From assembly GCA_963751425.1 (NCBI GenBank), contig CAVVUF010000004.1, positions 572,981 through 636,980 on the forward strand: a stretch of 64,000 nt of DNA, read 5' to 3'. Each line of letters begins with the position of its first letter. Position 1 is the stretch's first letter. This document shows positions 26,627-35,626 of this stretch, piece by piece. The notes beneath the pieces are model-generated. The model did no database searches, was not told the origin of the DNA, and saw nothing but the letters and a program-made list of their open reading frames with translations. The DNA comes from an uncultured Chloroflexia bacterium (GTDB lineage Bacteria > Chloroflexota > Anaerolineae > Anaerolineales > UBA4823). The translations under genes and the position numbers were made by a program.

Positions 26627-28191
26627 ATGGTCTCCTCGGAGCCTTGCTCCGTAGGCTTAGCTTCATCCCTCTGTGATACGGCTGGCTTGATCCCCGCCAT
26701 CAACAGACCAACCCCCTCTTTGGTCGCCTCATCCGCCCGCAAAATATCGATGATCTCACCCCGGTACATCACCGCAATGCGATCCGAAAGCTCCATGATC
26801 TCATCCAGCTCAGATGAAACCAACAGCACCGCACAACCCGCATCGCGTTTCTCCAGGATGCGCCCGTGGATATACTCAATCGAACCGACGTCCAACCCCC
26901 GGGTGGGCTGAGAAGCGACCAGAAGATGGATCGGCCGCGACAATTCACGCGCGATGATCACTTTTTGTTGGTTACCGCCCGAGAGTGACCCGGCTGACGT
27001 GGCCGCACCAGGGGTGCGGATATCGAACTCCTCGATCAGCTTGTTGGCATTTGCCAAAATTGCAGCTTCTTGTAAAACAACCCCCTTGCTAAATGGAGGA
27101 ATATAATACGTATTCAAAACAAGATTATCCGCTACCGGAAAGGGTAATACCAACCCATCGCGCTGCCGGTCTTCCGGCACGTGCGCTGTACCCTGCTCCG
27201 TGATCAGGCGGGGTGTAGCTTGGGTGATCGTATTTCCTTTCAGGTGGATCTTCCCTTGCACGGTGGGTCGCAGCCCGGTGATCGCCTCCACCAGCTCTGT
27301 TTGGCCGTTGCCCTGCACCCCCGCCAGCCCCAAGATTTCACCCGCCCGCACTTCGAGCGATACATCGTTCACAGCAATCTGATGCCGTTCACCCTTGACA
27401 ACCAGGTTCTCCAGGACCAACACCGCCTCACCCACCTTCGCCGGTTCCTTTTCCAACTCAAGCTGCACCTGGCGTCCCACCATCATCTCCGCCAGCTTGC
27501 GCTGGTCGGCTTCAGCAGGGGTGGTCGCGCCGATCACCTTGCCGCGGCGGATCACCGTAATCCGATCCGCTGCTTCCATCACCTCCCGCAGCTTGTGGGT
27601 GATAAAGATGATGGATTTTCCCTGCTCGACCAGCGAATGCATGATCTTGAAAAGCTCATCCGCTTCTTGAGGCGTCAGCACCGCTGTGGGCTCATCCAGG
27701 ATCAAGATATCCGCAGACCGGTAAAGCAGCTTGATAATTTCCACGCGCTGCTGCACGCCCACCGGCAGATCCTTAACATAGTAATCCGGATCGACTTCCA
27801 GTTTATACATTTCTGAAATCTGGCGGATTTTAGCGGCGGCAGTTTTGCGATCCAGGAATTCGCCCATCTTAAGGTTTTCATATCCCAGCATCACATTTTC
27901 CGTGACGGTAAAGACCGGGATCAGCATGAAATGCTGGTGCACCATGCCGATGCCTGCCCGGATAGCATCATTCGGTGAGGCAACCTGGATCGCTTTGCCC
28001 CGGACAATGATCTCCCCTTCATCCTGCTTATATAAACCATACAGGATGTTCATCAGGGTGGACTTCCCTGCCCCATTCTCACCCAGGAGGGCATGAATCT
28101 CTCCAGGTTCGAGGGTCAGGTCAATATGATCATTGGCGAGTACTCCGGGGAAACGTTTGGTAATTCCACGTAATTCGAGGATTGGGGTCAT
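26623..28191 (-). CDS. ABC transporter ATP-binding protein with duplicated ATPase domains (sugar/nucleoside type)
   Basis: Walker A GENGAGKST, signature/Walker B ILILDEPTAVL, and a second domain GVQGNGQTEL...LSGGNQQKV...LLVASQPTRGLD. Start placed at ATG 28191 (MTPILELRGITKRF), preceded by GGGAGGG. Confidence 0.9.
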   Translation of the reverse strand: MTPILELRGITKRFPGVLANDHIDLTLEPGEIHALLGENGAGKSTLMNILYGLYKQDEGEIIVRGKAIQVASPNDAIRAGIGMVHQHFMLIPVFTVTENVMLGYENLKMGEFLDRKTAAAKIRQISEMYKLEVDPDYYVKDLPVGVQQRVEIIKLLYRSADILILDEPTAVLTPQEADELFKIMHSLVEQGKSIIFITHKLREVMEAADRITVIRRGKVIGATTPAEADQRKLAEMMVGRQVQLELEKEPAKVGEAVLVLENLVVKGERHQIAVNDVSLEVRAGEILGLAGVQGNGQTELVEAITGLRPTVQGKIHLKGNTITQATPRLITEQGTAHVPEDRQRDGLVLPFPVADNLVLNTYYIPPFSKGVVLQEAAILANANKLIEEFDIRTPGAATSAGSLSGGNQQKVIIARELSRPIHLLVASQPTRGLDVGSIEYIHGRILEKRDAGCAVLLVSSELDEIMELSDRIAVMYRGEIIDILRADEATKEGVGLLMAGIKPAVSQRDEAKPTEQGSEETM

Positions 28192-28235
28192 CTGGACGAT
28201 ATGCCCTCCCAAATAGGTTTTGACCATTTTACCAT

Positions 28236-28271
28236 AAATAAGAAAATCCCCTCCCAAGATTGAGAGGGGAT
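28236..28271 (-). terminator. intercistronic hairpin/attenuator between the BMP solute-binding protein and ATPase genes
   Basis: On the minus strand the sequence is ATCCCCTC-loop-GAGGGGAT followed by TTTTCTTATTTAT. Confidence 0.45.
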
Positions 28272-28293
28272 TAGCTGTATCAAAACAAATGGT

Positions 28294-29319
28294 TTACTTG
28301 GTCGTGACCGTCCCGGCGATGATATCTGCCTTGACGGTTTCAAGTTCCGCTTTCAGGTCAGCAGGAACCATTCGAATCGAAGTTGTGGTAGGGAGCCAGG
28401 CCAACGCCGCCGTTCGTCAGCGTACCCACCGTCACGCCACCCTTGAAGGTGCCGTCTTTGGCTGCCTTGATGGCATCCTTGGTGGTGATGTCCATATTCT
28501 TCAGAACAGAGGTCAGGGTGATATCAGCATAGTCTGGATTGGTGAGCACCCAGTCGCTATCAACACCAATGATCGAGGCATTGCCGCGCTCTTTGGCAAC
28601 CGCAGCCGTGCCCAGACCCACCGGACCAGCCACCGGCATGATAATGTCAGCGCCTTCGTCCATCAGGGTCTCGCCCATCTTGCGCCCGTCATCGGTGCTC
28701 TCGAAGTTGCCCGTGAACAGGCCAGTCTGCGCAGCCGGATCCCAGCCCAAGGCCTTGACGGTCGTGCCGTGCTTCTGGTTGTAGTACTGGACGCCCATTC
28801 ATAGAAGCCATCCATGAAGACCGTCACGGTCGGGATCTGCATCCCACCGAAGGTACCCACTGCGCCCGTCTTGGTCATGCCCGCCGCCAGGTAACCAGCT
28901 AAGAAGGCAGCTTCGTCGGTATTGAACACCTGGCCCAGCACATTGTTGATGGCGGGGTCATAAGCGTAGTCAACGATCGAGAACTTGACATCCGGGTTGG
29001 CTTCCGCGGCCGCCTTGGTGGCATCGCCCAACAGGAAACCGACGGTGATAATGATGTCGCATCCTTCATCGATGAAAGCGTTGATGTTCTTCTCGTAGTC
29101 GGTCTGCTGCTGAGACTCAAGGTACTTACCATCAATGCCGAGTTCTTTCATAGCATCTTGAACGCCCTTCCACGCTGTGGCGTTGAAGGATTTGTCATCG
29201 ATACCGCCGGTGTCAGTCACCTGGCAGGCTTTGAATTTGCTGCTACCTGCGCCGCCGCAAGCAGTAAGCAGCATGGTTGTGATGAGCACTACAGCCATTA
29301 ACGCATACAGTTTTTTCAT
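28294..29319 (-). pseudogene. BMP-family (PnrA/Med-like) ABC substrate-binding lipoprotein with two frameshifts
   Basis: MKKLYALMAVVLITTMLLTACGG has a lipobox. The body is spread over three frames. The frame changes near 28795-28805 (...TVTVFMDGFY / GVQYYNQKHG...) and near 28365-28375 (...APYHNFDS / MVPADLKAELETVKADIIAGTVTTK*). Confidence 0.8.
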
Positions 29320-29366
29320 TTCTTTTCTCCTCTTATTAGAAACGATTGGTTGATTGATGGCGTTAT

Positions 29367-30527
29367 TCACGCCTTTATAAGTGTAGCATTAAGACGGCAG
29401 ATTGGCAATGTGCCATTCTTCATGTTTTTCACCCTGACAGAAAAAACCCTTAACGCAGTTTCCCCGGTCTGGGGATCTACCCCCGTGTCAATTACCCCTC
29501 CCAACATCTCGTTGAGAATTTTTTCTGCCAGGCTCTGACGCCCAGGGCTAAACAGGGCCGGGTTTACATCTTGAATAACCAGGGGGGCTGTCATGTCGAA
29601 CCCGCCCTTCCCAGCCAGCAGATCGGGCAAATACTCAAGGATGGATGCGACGGGATCCGTCGTGATCGAGGCAATCCAGTGAGCCCGAATGTCTTCCGGT
29701 GGGGTCCCGCTGCTGATGATATTAATCCCAGCTTGTGCGAGCGCCCTCAGCAAATCATCCTGAACAGCCCCCGGAAAAACATACACTGTGTCGACTGCCT
29801 GGCTTACCAGCGCATCTACAGCCGCCTGCCAATCAGCCTGGCTCGCATTCGAAGGGATTTCCAGATAAAGCGGGTAATCAAAGATTGGACCATGGTACGC
29901 CAGGCACAACCCGCAGAAATATACTGCCCCATTCAGAAAGCCATTCCGCGCTGCTTTTCCTTCGGTCGTATCCCCAGTGCTGAGCGCCCCCACGCGCCAA
30001 TCGGGTGTCAGCATGGCGGCAATCGCCCCTGCCAGAAACCCTTGCTGGTCATAACGTATCTCGCCACTGACCTGGCTCAGGTTTGCCATCGGTGGGATGT
30101 CCTCCATGCCCACCGTTACAAACTGCACCTGAGGGGCCTGAGAGGCCAGCTCTGCAATCCCAGGGTCCGGTGGCAAGGCAATCACCAACATTAACCCTGG
30201 CTCTTGAGGATCCAATTCGGTGCGCGTTTCCCAGCGCAGGCCGGCTTGGGTGATCGGTCCTTCCAGCCCAGAGCGCAAAGACTCAGCCAGCACCGGGTCG
30301 CTTCCAACAGGCGCCAATAGAACCGCCAGAGGCGCAGGCTGGGTTTCAGTCGGCGCCTGCGCAGGGGTGGGGGTTATCGAAGGTGGCGCTTGCAGGGTAG
30401 CAGTTGATGACGTAGGGACCGTGAGAATCGGCAGGCTGGTCGGGGAAACAGACCGGCAGGCTGACAGAACCATCCCCAAAAAAATCATCCACACGAATAT
30501 CCAGAGACGATATACTCGAACGTTCAA
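29367..30527 (-). CDS. BMP-family-like putative substrate-binding lipoprotein (divergent)
   Basis: Signal peptide with LSAC lipobox and an S/T/P-rich linker. YDQQGFLAGAIAAMLTPDWRVGALS...NGFLNGAVY resembles the BMP/PnrA fold. The C-terminal tail is uncertain. Confidence 0.5.
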   Translation of the reverse strand: MNVRVYRLWIFVWMIFLGMVLSACRSVSPTSLPILTVPTSSTATLQAPPSITPTPAQAPTETQPAPLAVLLAPVGSDPVLAESLRSGLEGPITQAGLRWETRTELDPQEPGLMLVIALPPDPGIAELASQAPQVQFVTVGMEDIPPMANLSQVSGEIRYDQQGFLAGAIAAMLTPDWRVGALSTGDTTEGKAARNGFLNGAVYFCGLCLAYHGPIFDYPLYLEIPSNASQADWQAAVDALVSQAVDTVYVFPGAVQDDLLRALAQAGINIISSGTPPEDIRAHWIASITTDPVASILEYLPDLLAGKGGFDMTAPLVIQDVNPALFSPGRQSLAEKILNEMLGGVIDTGVDPQTGETALRVFSVRVKNMKNGTLPICRLNATLIKA

Positions 30528-30668
30528 ACAGGTACCTCCAGCGGAGTATTGTACTATAGGTATCGCTTACTCCGCATATTTCCATCCATCTAACCACAGT
30601 ACAGTTCTTGCAACCATGCCATTTACACCTCTTTTCGATTGCACCCGAAATTCCTGTATAATACGCCT

Positions 30669-31139
30669 ATGATCGAGCTCAATATTCCCGGTCGGAAAAG
30701 CTTGCAGTTGGAACACCTTGTTTGTGATGTGAATGGCACTTTAGCAACTGATGGCCAGCTCATAGAAGGCCTCGTGCGCCTCTTATCGAGCCTGCGCGAC
30801 CGGTTAACCTTACATCTGCTGACCGCCGATACGCATGGACGTCAAGAGATCATCGATCACCAACTGAACCTCCACGCAGTCCACATCCAACCGGGCGATG
30901 AAGCTGTCCAGAAAGCGAACTACATCCGCGAGCTGGGTGCAGAGCAGGTTGTTGCCATTGGCCAGGGGGCCAACGATGCCGACATGCTTAAGACAGCCGG
31001 TTTAGGAATTTGTGTATTATCCGTCGAAGGGACTGCCGTGGAAACACTTCTATCGGCAGATTTGGTCGTCAGCAACATTTTTGATGCTCTTCACCTCCTA
31101 GAAAATCCAATCAGAATCGTGGCTAGTTTACGAAAATGA
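30669..31139 (+). CDS. stand-alone HAD-superfamily protein resembling the P-type ATPase phosphorylation domain (COG4087-like)
   Basis: CDVNGTLA (DxxGT motif), GQGANDADML (GDGxND-like), about 156 aa. Start placed at ATG 30669 (MIELNIPG). Confidence 0.75.
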   Translation: MIELNIPGRKSLQLEHLVCDVNGTLATDGQLIEGLVRLLSSLRDRLTLHLLTADTHGRQEIIDHQLNLHAVHIQPGDEAVQKANYIRELGAEQVVAIGQGANDADMLKTAGLGICVLSVEGTAVETLLSADLVVSNIFDALHLLENPIRIVASLRK

Positions 31140-32329
31140 ATCTTCCCCAATCAGAGCAATTTCCGCACGATCCAGATCACCTGCCCCCAGCTCGCCGGAG
31201 GCGCGCCCGCCGGCTGTTAGCACCCATCGAAGCCGACGAGCGCGCCGCCTTTATTGATGAGCTGGCTCATATAACCTCTCCCACCTTCGATTTTTTCCTA
31301 TTCTCTCTCCTATCTGGTTTGGTCCTGGCGGTGGGTTTACTCCTGGATACCCCCGCATTGATCCTGCTCGGTGTGCTGCTGGCGCCTTTCATGGCTCCGG
31401 TCATCGGTATTTCTTTTAGTACGGTCACTGGATCCATTCGTACATTTGTCATCAATTTCACCGGCCTGCTAATTGGCAGCCTGATGGTCTTTGCTGCTGG
31501 ATTTCTGGTTGGATTGATCACGTTGGTATGGAAACCCGGCGAGCTGAGCCAGGTTCACCTTCACGCCCAGGTTTCCTGGCCTAACTTTCTCGTCCTGGCA
31601 GCCGGAGCGATCGTGACTACCGCGGCACTGATTCGCCGACAGCGCAACGCTTCGGTGTTCAGCGTTGCCTTGGCTTACGAGCTCTATATTCCAGTCGCGG
31701 TAGCAGGTTTTGGCCTCAGCAGTGGCATCCCCAATTTGTTCCCTGATGGCCTGGTTATTTTTGCTCTCCACCTTGCCTGGGCTGTTTTATTTGGCACCCT
31801 TACATTTTTTATCTTGGGTTTACGCCCCCTGACTCTTTTTGGCTATACCCTGGGCGCCGCAGCGGCCCTGATCGGGATTATCATCCTGATCGGTATCAGT
31901 GGAGCAGGTGCGGTCCTGGGTGCCAAGGTCGGTTTACCCACCCCGATTCCCAGCGCCACACCTACCTTTACCCCCATTCCGCCTACGCCGACACACACCC
32001 TCACGCCGGTGCCCCCCACGCAAACGCCTACCCCAACGACCACCCCCACCCTCACCCCGTCGCCTTCGCCTACGCTGAGTCCAACCCCCACACCAGTCTA
32101 CGCCTATATCAATGCTTCTTCTGGAAATCCCCCGGGCGCGAAAATCCGTACGGAACCTGGTGGAAAAGTCATCCGCAGCTATCTAAACAATACCCTGGTC
32201 ATTGTCTATCCAGATACCATCGAGCAGGATGGCTTGATCTGGGCGCATATTCTGGTTGTAGAAGATAATACCGATGGTTGGATCCTGCAATCTCTCTTGC
32301 TGGCGGCTACTCCTGCGCCGGTGTGGTGA
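31136..32329 (+). CDS. DUF389-like membrane protein with a PT-rich linker and a C-terminal SH3b-like domain
   Basis: ATGA start/stop overlap with the HAD gene. The DUF389-like N-terminus is DERAAFIDELAHITSPTFDFFLFSLLSGLVLAVG...LLAPFMAPVIG. A P/T linker lies at about nt 31930-32095. The C-terminus is YAYINASSGNPPGAKIRTEPGGKVIRSYL...DGWILQSLL. Confidence 0.7.
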   Translation: MNLPQSEQFPHDPDHLPPARRRRARRLLAPIEADERAAFIDELAHITSPTFDFFLFSLLSGLVLAVGLLLDTPALILLGVLLAPFMAPVIGISFSTVTGSIRTFVINFTGLLIGSLMVFAAGFLVGLITLVWKPGELSQVHLHAQVSWPNFLVLAAGAIVTTAALIRRQRNASVFSVALAYELYIPVAVAGFGLSSGIPNLFPDGLVIFALHLAWAVLFGTLTFFILGLRPLTLFGYTLGAAAALIGIIILIGISGAGAVLGAKVGLPTPIPSATPTFTPIPPTPTHTLTPVPPTQTPTPTTTPTLTPSPSPTLSPTPTPVYAYINASSGNPPGAKIRTEPGGKVIRSYLNNTLVIVYPDTIEQDGLIWAHILVVEDNTDGWILQSLLLAATPAPVW

Positions 32330-32732
32330 AATTTTGTAGATCCGATGGTCCAAAAGACCCCGGCAGCAAGCCTGCTACGGTACTTTCCAGCGTTAACTGA
32401 CCATCCGCATTTACGATCAACACCACCGTATCCAGGCCAAATTCCGCCAGTACTTGCCGGCAAGAACCGCATGGAGTGCCTCCATTCTCTGTCGCCACTG
32501 CAATGGCTGCAAACGCCATTTCCCCCTCTGAGACAGCCTTGTATACAGCCACGCGCTCTGCACACATACTTGTTGGATAGGCTGCATTCTCTACATTTAC
32601 TCCCAGGAATACTTTGCCCGACCTGGTCAACAAAGCCGCCCCCACCCGGTAATGGGAATAAGGTGCGTAGGCGCGTTGTTTTACAGATACAGCTTGCTCA
32701 ATAAGCTCCCGGCGTTGTTTAATTGTGATCAT
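32307..32732 (-). CDS. cdd: cytidine deaminase
   Basis: 141 aa with zinc motifs CAERVAVYKA and PCGSCRQVLAEF. Confidence 0.9.
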   Translation of the reverse strand: MITIKQRRELIEQAVSVKQRAYAPYSHYRVGAALLTRSGKVFLGVNVENAAYPTSMCAERVAVYKAVSEGEMAFAAIAVATENGGTPCGSCRQVLAEFGLDTVVLIVNADGQLTLESTVAGLLPGSFGPSDLQNFTTPAQE

Positions 32733-34002
32733 CTGGCTCTCCTTCAGTCCTTGGCAAAGGAATTATTCTCCTGGCCCTAATTTTTCGGATTCGTCTTCCA
32801 CTCACCTGCTCTACCGTTAATTCCAGATCATCCACCTGGAGGCTTTCTCCACTTTCCGGAACTCGCCCAATCCGGTTGTACATGAAACCTCCGATTGTAT
32901 CTGCTTCATCTTTCAGTAAATTCGTTCCCATCAACTCATTAAAATCGTCTAGATCGACCCGCCCCAGAAAGATCGTTTCCCCTTCCCCCACCTCCTGGTA
33001 AGGCGATTCCTCTAATTGATCAAATTCATCGCGGACTTCGCCGATGATCTCTTCAACAATATCTTCCAGAGTCACCAGGCCAGCCACCCCTCCGTATTCA
33101 TCGATCACAATCGCCATGTGAATGTGCCTTGCCTGCATTTCATCTAACAGCTCGTCTACTTTCTTGGCCTCGGGCACGAAATACGCCGGGCGGGTCACTC
33201 CCCGCAAAGCCCCCGATTGATCTCCCTTTAGCCACAAGCTAAGCAAATCCTTCGCATATAACAAACCGACAACATGATCTATTGTCTCTTCGTATACTGG
33301 CATCCGCGAATGCCCCGAAGCAAGCAAAGCCTCCACTGCTTGAGGCAGGGGTAGTGAAACATCCAAAGCAGTAATATAGATGCGCGGCACCATGATCTCC
33401 CTTGCCAGGGTGTCTCCCAGCTGGAAGATTGAATAGATCATCTCGCGCTCATCTTGCTCCAAAACCCCTTCTTCCTGCCCCGCATCCACCAAGCTCTTTA
33501 ACTCGTCCTCCGTAACTGTCCCCTCGCGTACTACTTCCTCCTGGTGATGGAGCGACAAGAAGAATGCTGTGATCGGAGAAAGCAGCACCGTAATCGCCTT
33601 GGCAAATAGGGCTAAACGGATCGCCCATTTCTCTGGAGCTCGGTAGACCAGTGCTTCTATGATCTGTTCCATTCCCAATAAAATGGAAGCAGCCAAAACG
33701 ATTATTCCACTCCACGCCAGCCAGCTCATAGAGGCTGAAAGATATGCCGTAAGCAGCACGATCAACAAGCCCGCAATCAAGAAATGCAGGATCGTTTGCA
33801 TGATCTGCAGGCTGACTTTCAGATGACGTTGAGCATGCAGTAAATCTAACACACGTGTGACGCCTTTTTCTTGTTCATCCCGCTGTGAAACCAAACGGGC
33901 CAGGTGCGTTTGAAAAAAAGCAGCCTGCGAGCTCGTCACAAGAAAATCTACAATGACAAACAGAGCCAATGCCAGTAAGATCAATACGTCAGAAAAACTC
34001 AC
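32719..34002 (-). CDS. hemolysin-family/CNNM protein (DUF21 - CBS pair - CorC_HlyC)
   Basis: 427 aa. N-terminal 4-TM DUF21 domain, central CBS pair (IMVPRIYITALD..., PVYEETIDHVVGLLYAKDLL) and C-terminal CorC/HlyC domain. Confidence 0.9.
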   Translation of the reverse strand: MSFSDVLILLALALFVIVDFLVTSSQAAFFQTHLARLVSQRDEQEKGVTRVLDLLHAQRHLKVSLQIMQTILHFLIAGLLIVLLTAYLSASMSWLAWSGIIVLAASILLGMEQIIEALVYRAPEKWAIRLALFAKAITVLLSPITAFFLSLHHQEEVVREGTVTEDELKSLVDAGQEEGVLEQDEREMIYSIFQLGDTLAREIMVPRIYITALDVSLPLPQAVEALLASGHSRMPVYEETIDHVVGLLYAKDLLSLWLKGDQSGALRGVTRPAYFVPEAKKVDELLDEMQARHIHMAIVIDEYGGVAGLVTLEDIVEEIIGEVRDEFDQLEESPYQEVGEGETIFLGRVDLDDFNELMGTNLLKDEADTIGGFMYNRIGRVPESGESLQVDDLELTVEQVSGRRIRKIRARRIIPLPRTEGEPDDHN

Positions 34003-35348
34003 GTTTGCTCTTTTTTACGGATAGCCCGCGCCGGCACGCCCACCACAATCGTATTCGGCGGTACATCATGCGTCACCACCGCCCCCGCCCCGGTTATTGC
34101 CCCTTCTCCCACTTTCACGGGGGCAACCAACATGGTGTCGCTGCCAATAAAGGCGCCCTTACCGATCTGGGTCGGATTTTTATGTACGCCATCGAAGTTG
34201 CAGGTCACGGTACCTGCGCCAATGTTAACATCGCCTTCAACCGTGGTATCGCCCAAGTAAGAGAAATGTCCCATCTTCGTGCCCGGCCCCAGGTAAGAAT
34301 TCTTGACCTCGCCGAAATTCCCCATGTGCACGCCTTTCGCCAGGTGTGCGCCTTTTCGCAACCGGGCAAAGGGCCCCACATCCACATCGTCCTCCAACCT
34401 GGCTCCTTCCAGCATCGATGCCAACACAGTGCAGTTGTTCCCTATACTGGTATTGCGAATCATGGCATTCGGTCCCAGTTCGCAGTTTTCACCTACCCGC
34501 GTTTTTCCTTGTAGATAGGTATTGGGCCAGATCATCGTATCCTGACCGATCTCGACGCCTGGCTCAATGTAGGTTGTTGCGGGATCCATAATGGTAACAC
34601 CCGCCAGCATCCAATCCTGGTTGATCCGGTTGCGTAAGATCACCGCTGCCTCCGCCAGGTGGACCCGGGTGTTAATTCCAATTGTCTCATCTTGATCAGC
34701 CGCCCGAACAGCCTGGATCGAAAGACCATCCGCCACAGCCAACCCTGCCAGGTCAGTTAGATAATATTCACCCTTTAGAGAGAGTGAGATGCGCGGTAAA
34801 GCTTGCCATAACCAATCGGCTCTAAAACAATACACTCCCGCATTCAGCTCCCTGATCTGCAATTCTTCCGGCGTGGCCTGGGCCTCTTCCACGATCGCCC
34901 TAACCCCCCCATCTCGGTCGCGCACCACCCTGCCAAACCCGCGCGGATCATCTACAACCACAGTTAGCATGGTCATCGGCCCCTGGTGATTAACCTGGGT
35001 TTGGATCATCTGTTGGAGTGTCGACGTTTTCAACCCTGGCATATCGCCATAGGTCACCACCACAAAGTCTGATTGGCCCTTTAAAAGGGCTTCAGCCTGC
35101 TGAACCGCATGCCCTGTACCTAATTGCTCCTCCTGCAAGACAAACTCCGCTGCATCACCAATTGCCTCACGCACTTTCTCTGCCCCATGCCCAACAACCA
35201 TCACCGGTTTTGTGCCTGTGGCCTGGCGTGCCGCCTCGAGACTATACCAGACCAATGGCTTTCCCAAAATCGGGTGAAGCACTTTTGGCAGGCTGGACTT
35301 CATGCGCGTCCCCTGACCTGCAGCCAGAACAACAGCTCTTATTTCCAT
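33999..35348 (-). CDS. glmU: bifunctional UDP-N-acetylglucosamine diphosphorylase / glucosamine-1-phosphate N-acetyltransferase
   Basis: 449 aa. LAAGQGTRMKSSLPKVLHPILGKPLV and a C-terminal left-handed beta-helix with hexapeptide repeats. Confidence 0.95.
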   Translation of the reverse strand: MEIRAVVLAAGQGTRMKSSLPKVLHPILGKPLVWYSLEAARQATGTKPVMVVGHGAEKVREAIGDAAEFVLQEEQLGTGHAVQQAEALLKGQSDFVVVTYGDMPGLKTSTLQQMIQTQVNHQGPMTMLTVVVDDPRGFGRVVRDRDGGVRAIVEEAQATPEELQIRELNAGVYCFRADWLWQALPRISLSLKGEYYLTDLAGLAVADGLSIQAVRAADQDETIGINTRVHLAEAAVILRNRINQDWMLAGVTIMDPATTYIEPGVEIGQDTMIWPNTYLQGKTRVGENCELGPNAMIRNTSIGNNCTVLASMLEGARLEDDVDVGPFARLRKGAHLAKGVHMGNFGEVKNSYLGPGTKMGHFSYLGDTTVEGDVNIGAGTVTCNFDGVHKNPTQIGKGAFIGSDTMLVAPVKVGEGAITGAGAVVTHDVPPNTIVVGVPARAIRKKEQT

Positions 35349-35356
35349 GCGAAATC

Positions 35357-35401
35357 TCCTCGGTAAAAAAACTCATGCACTGCCACACCAGGCAGTGCAT
35401 G
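35357..35401 (-). terminator. rho-independent terminator after tRNA-Gln, abutting the glmU RBS
   Basis: On the minus strand CATGCACTGCC-tggtgt-GGCAGTGCATG (perfect 11-bp stem) is followed by AGTTTTTTTACC, then GAGGAG and the glmU ATG at 35348. Confidence 0.7.
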
Positions 35402-35475
35402 GTTATGGATCATCACATGATCCAAAATAGAGGGCCTTTCTTCGTGCACAATCAAACTAAACACCGTAATTCAGG

Positions 35476-35546
35476 CTGGGGCATCCGGACTCGAACCAGA
35501 ATAAACAGATCCAAAGTCTGCCGTGCTGCCGTTGCACCATGCCCCA
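35476..35546 (-). tRNA. tRNA-Gln (anticodon UUG)
   Basis: The reverse complement is TGGGGCA-TG-GTGC-AACGGCA-GCAC-G-GCAGA-CTTTGGA-TCTGT-TTAT-TCTGG-TTCGAGT-CCGGA-TGCCCCA-G, a canonical cloverleaf with anticodon TTG. Confidence 0.85.
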
Positions 35547-35626
35547 ATAACTCCCGCGAGCAGAGCGGAGTTTATTGTAACATAAGCATCTCAGGGATGG
35601 CAATAGTTCTGAGGGAATCTCTATGT

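Noticed and set aside
31930-32095. PT-rich stretch as a DNA tandem repeat or mobile-element scar
   Set aside because: At the nucleotide level it is degenerate (ACC/CCN codon mix) without a fixed period. It stays in frame inside the DUF389-SH3b gene. It is a low-complexity Pro/Thr interdomain linker.
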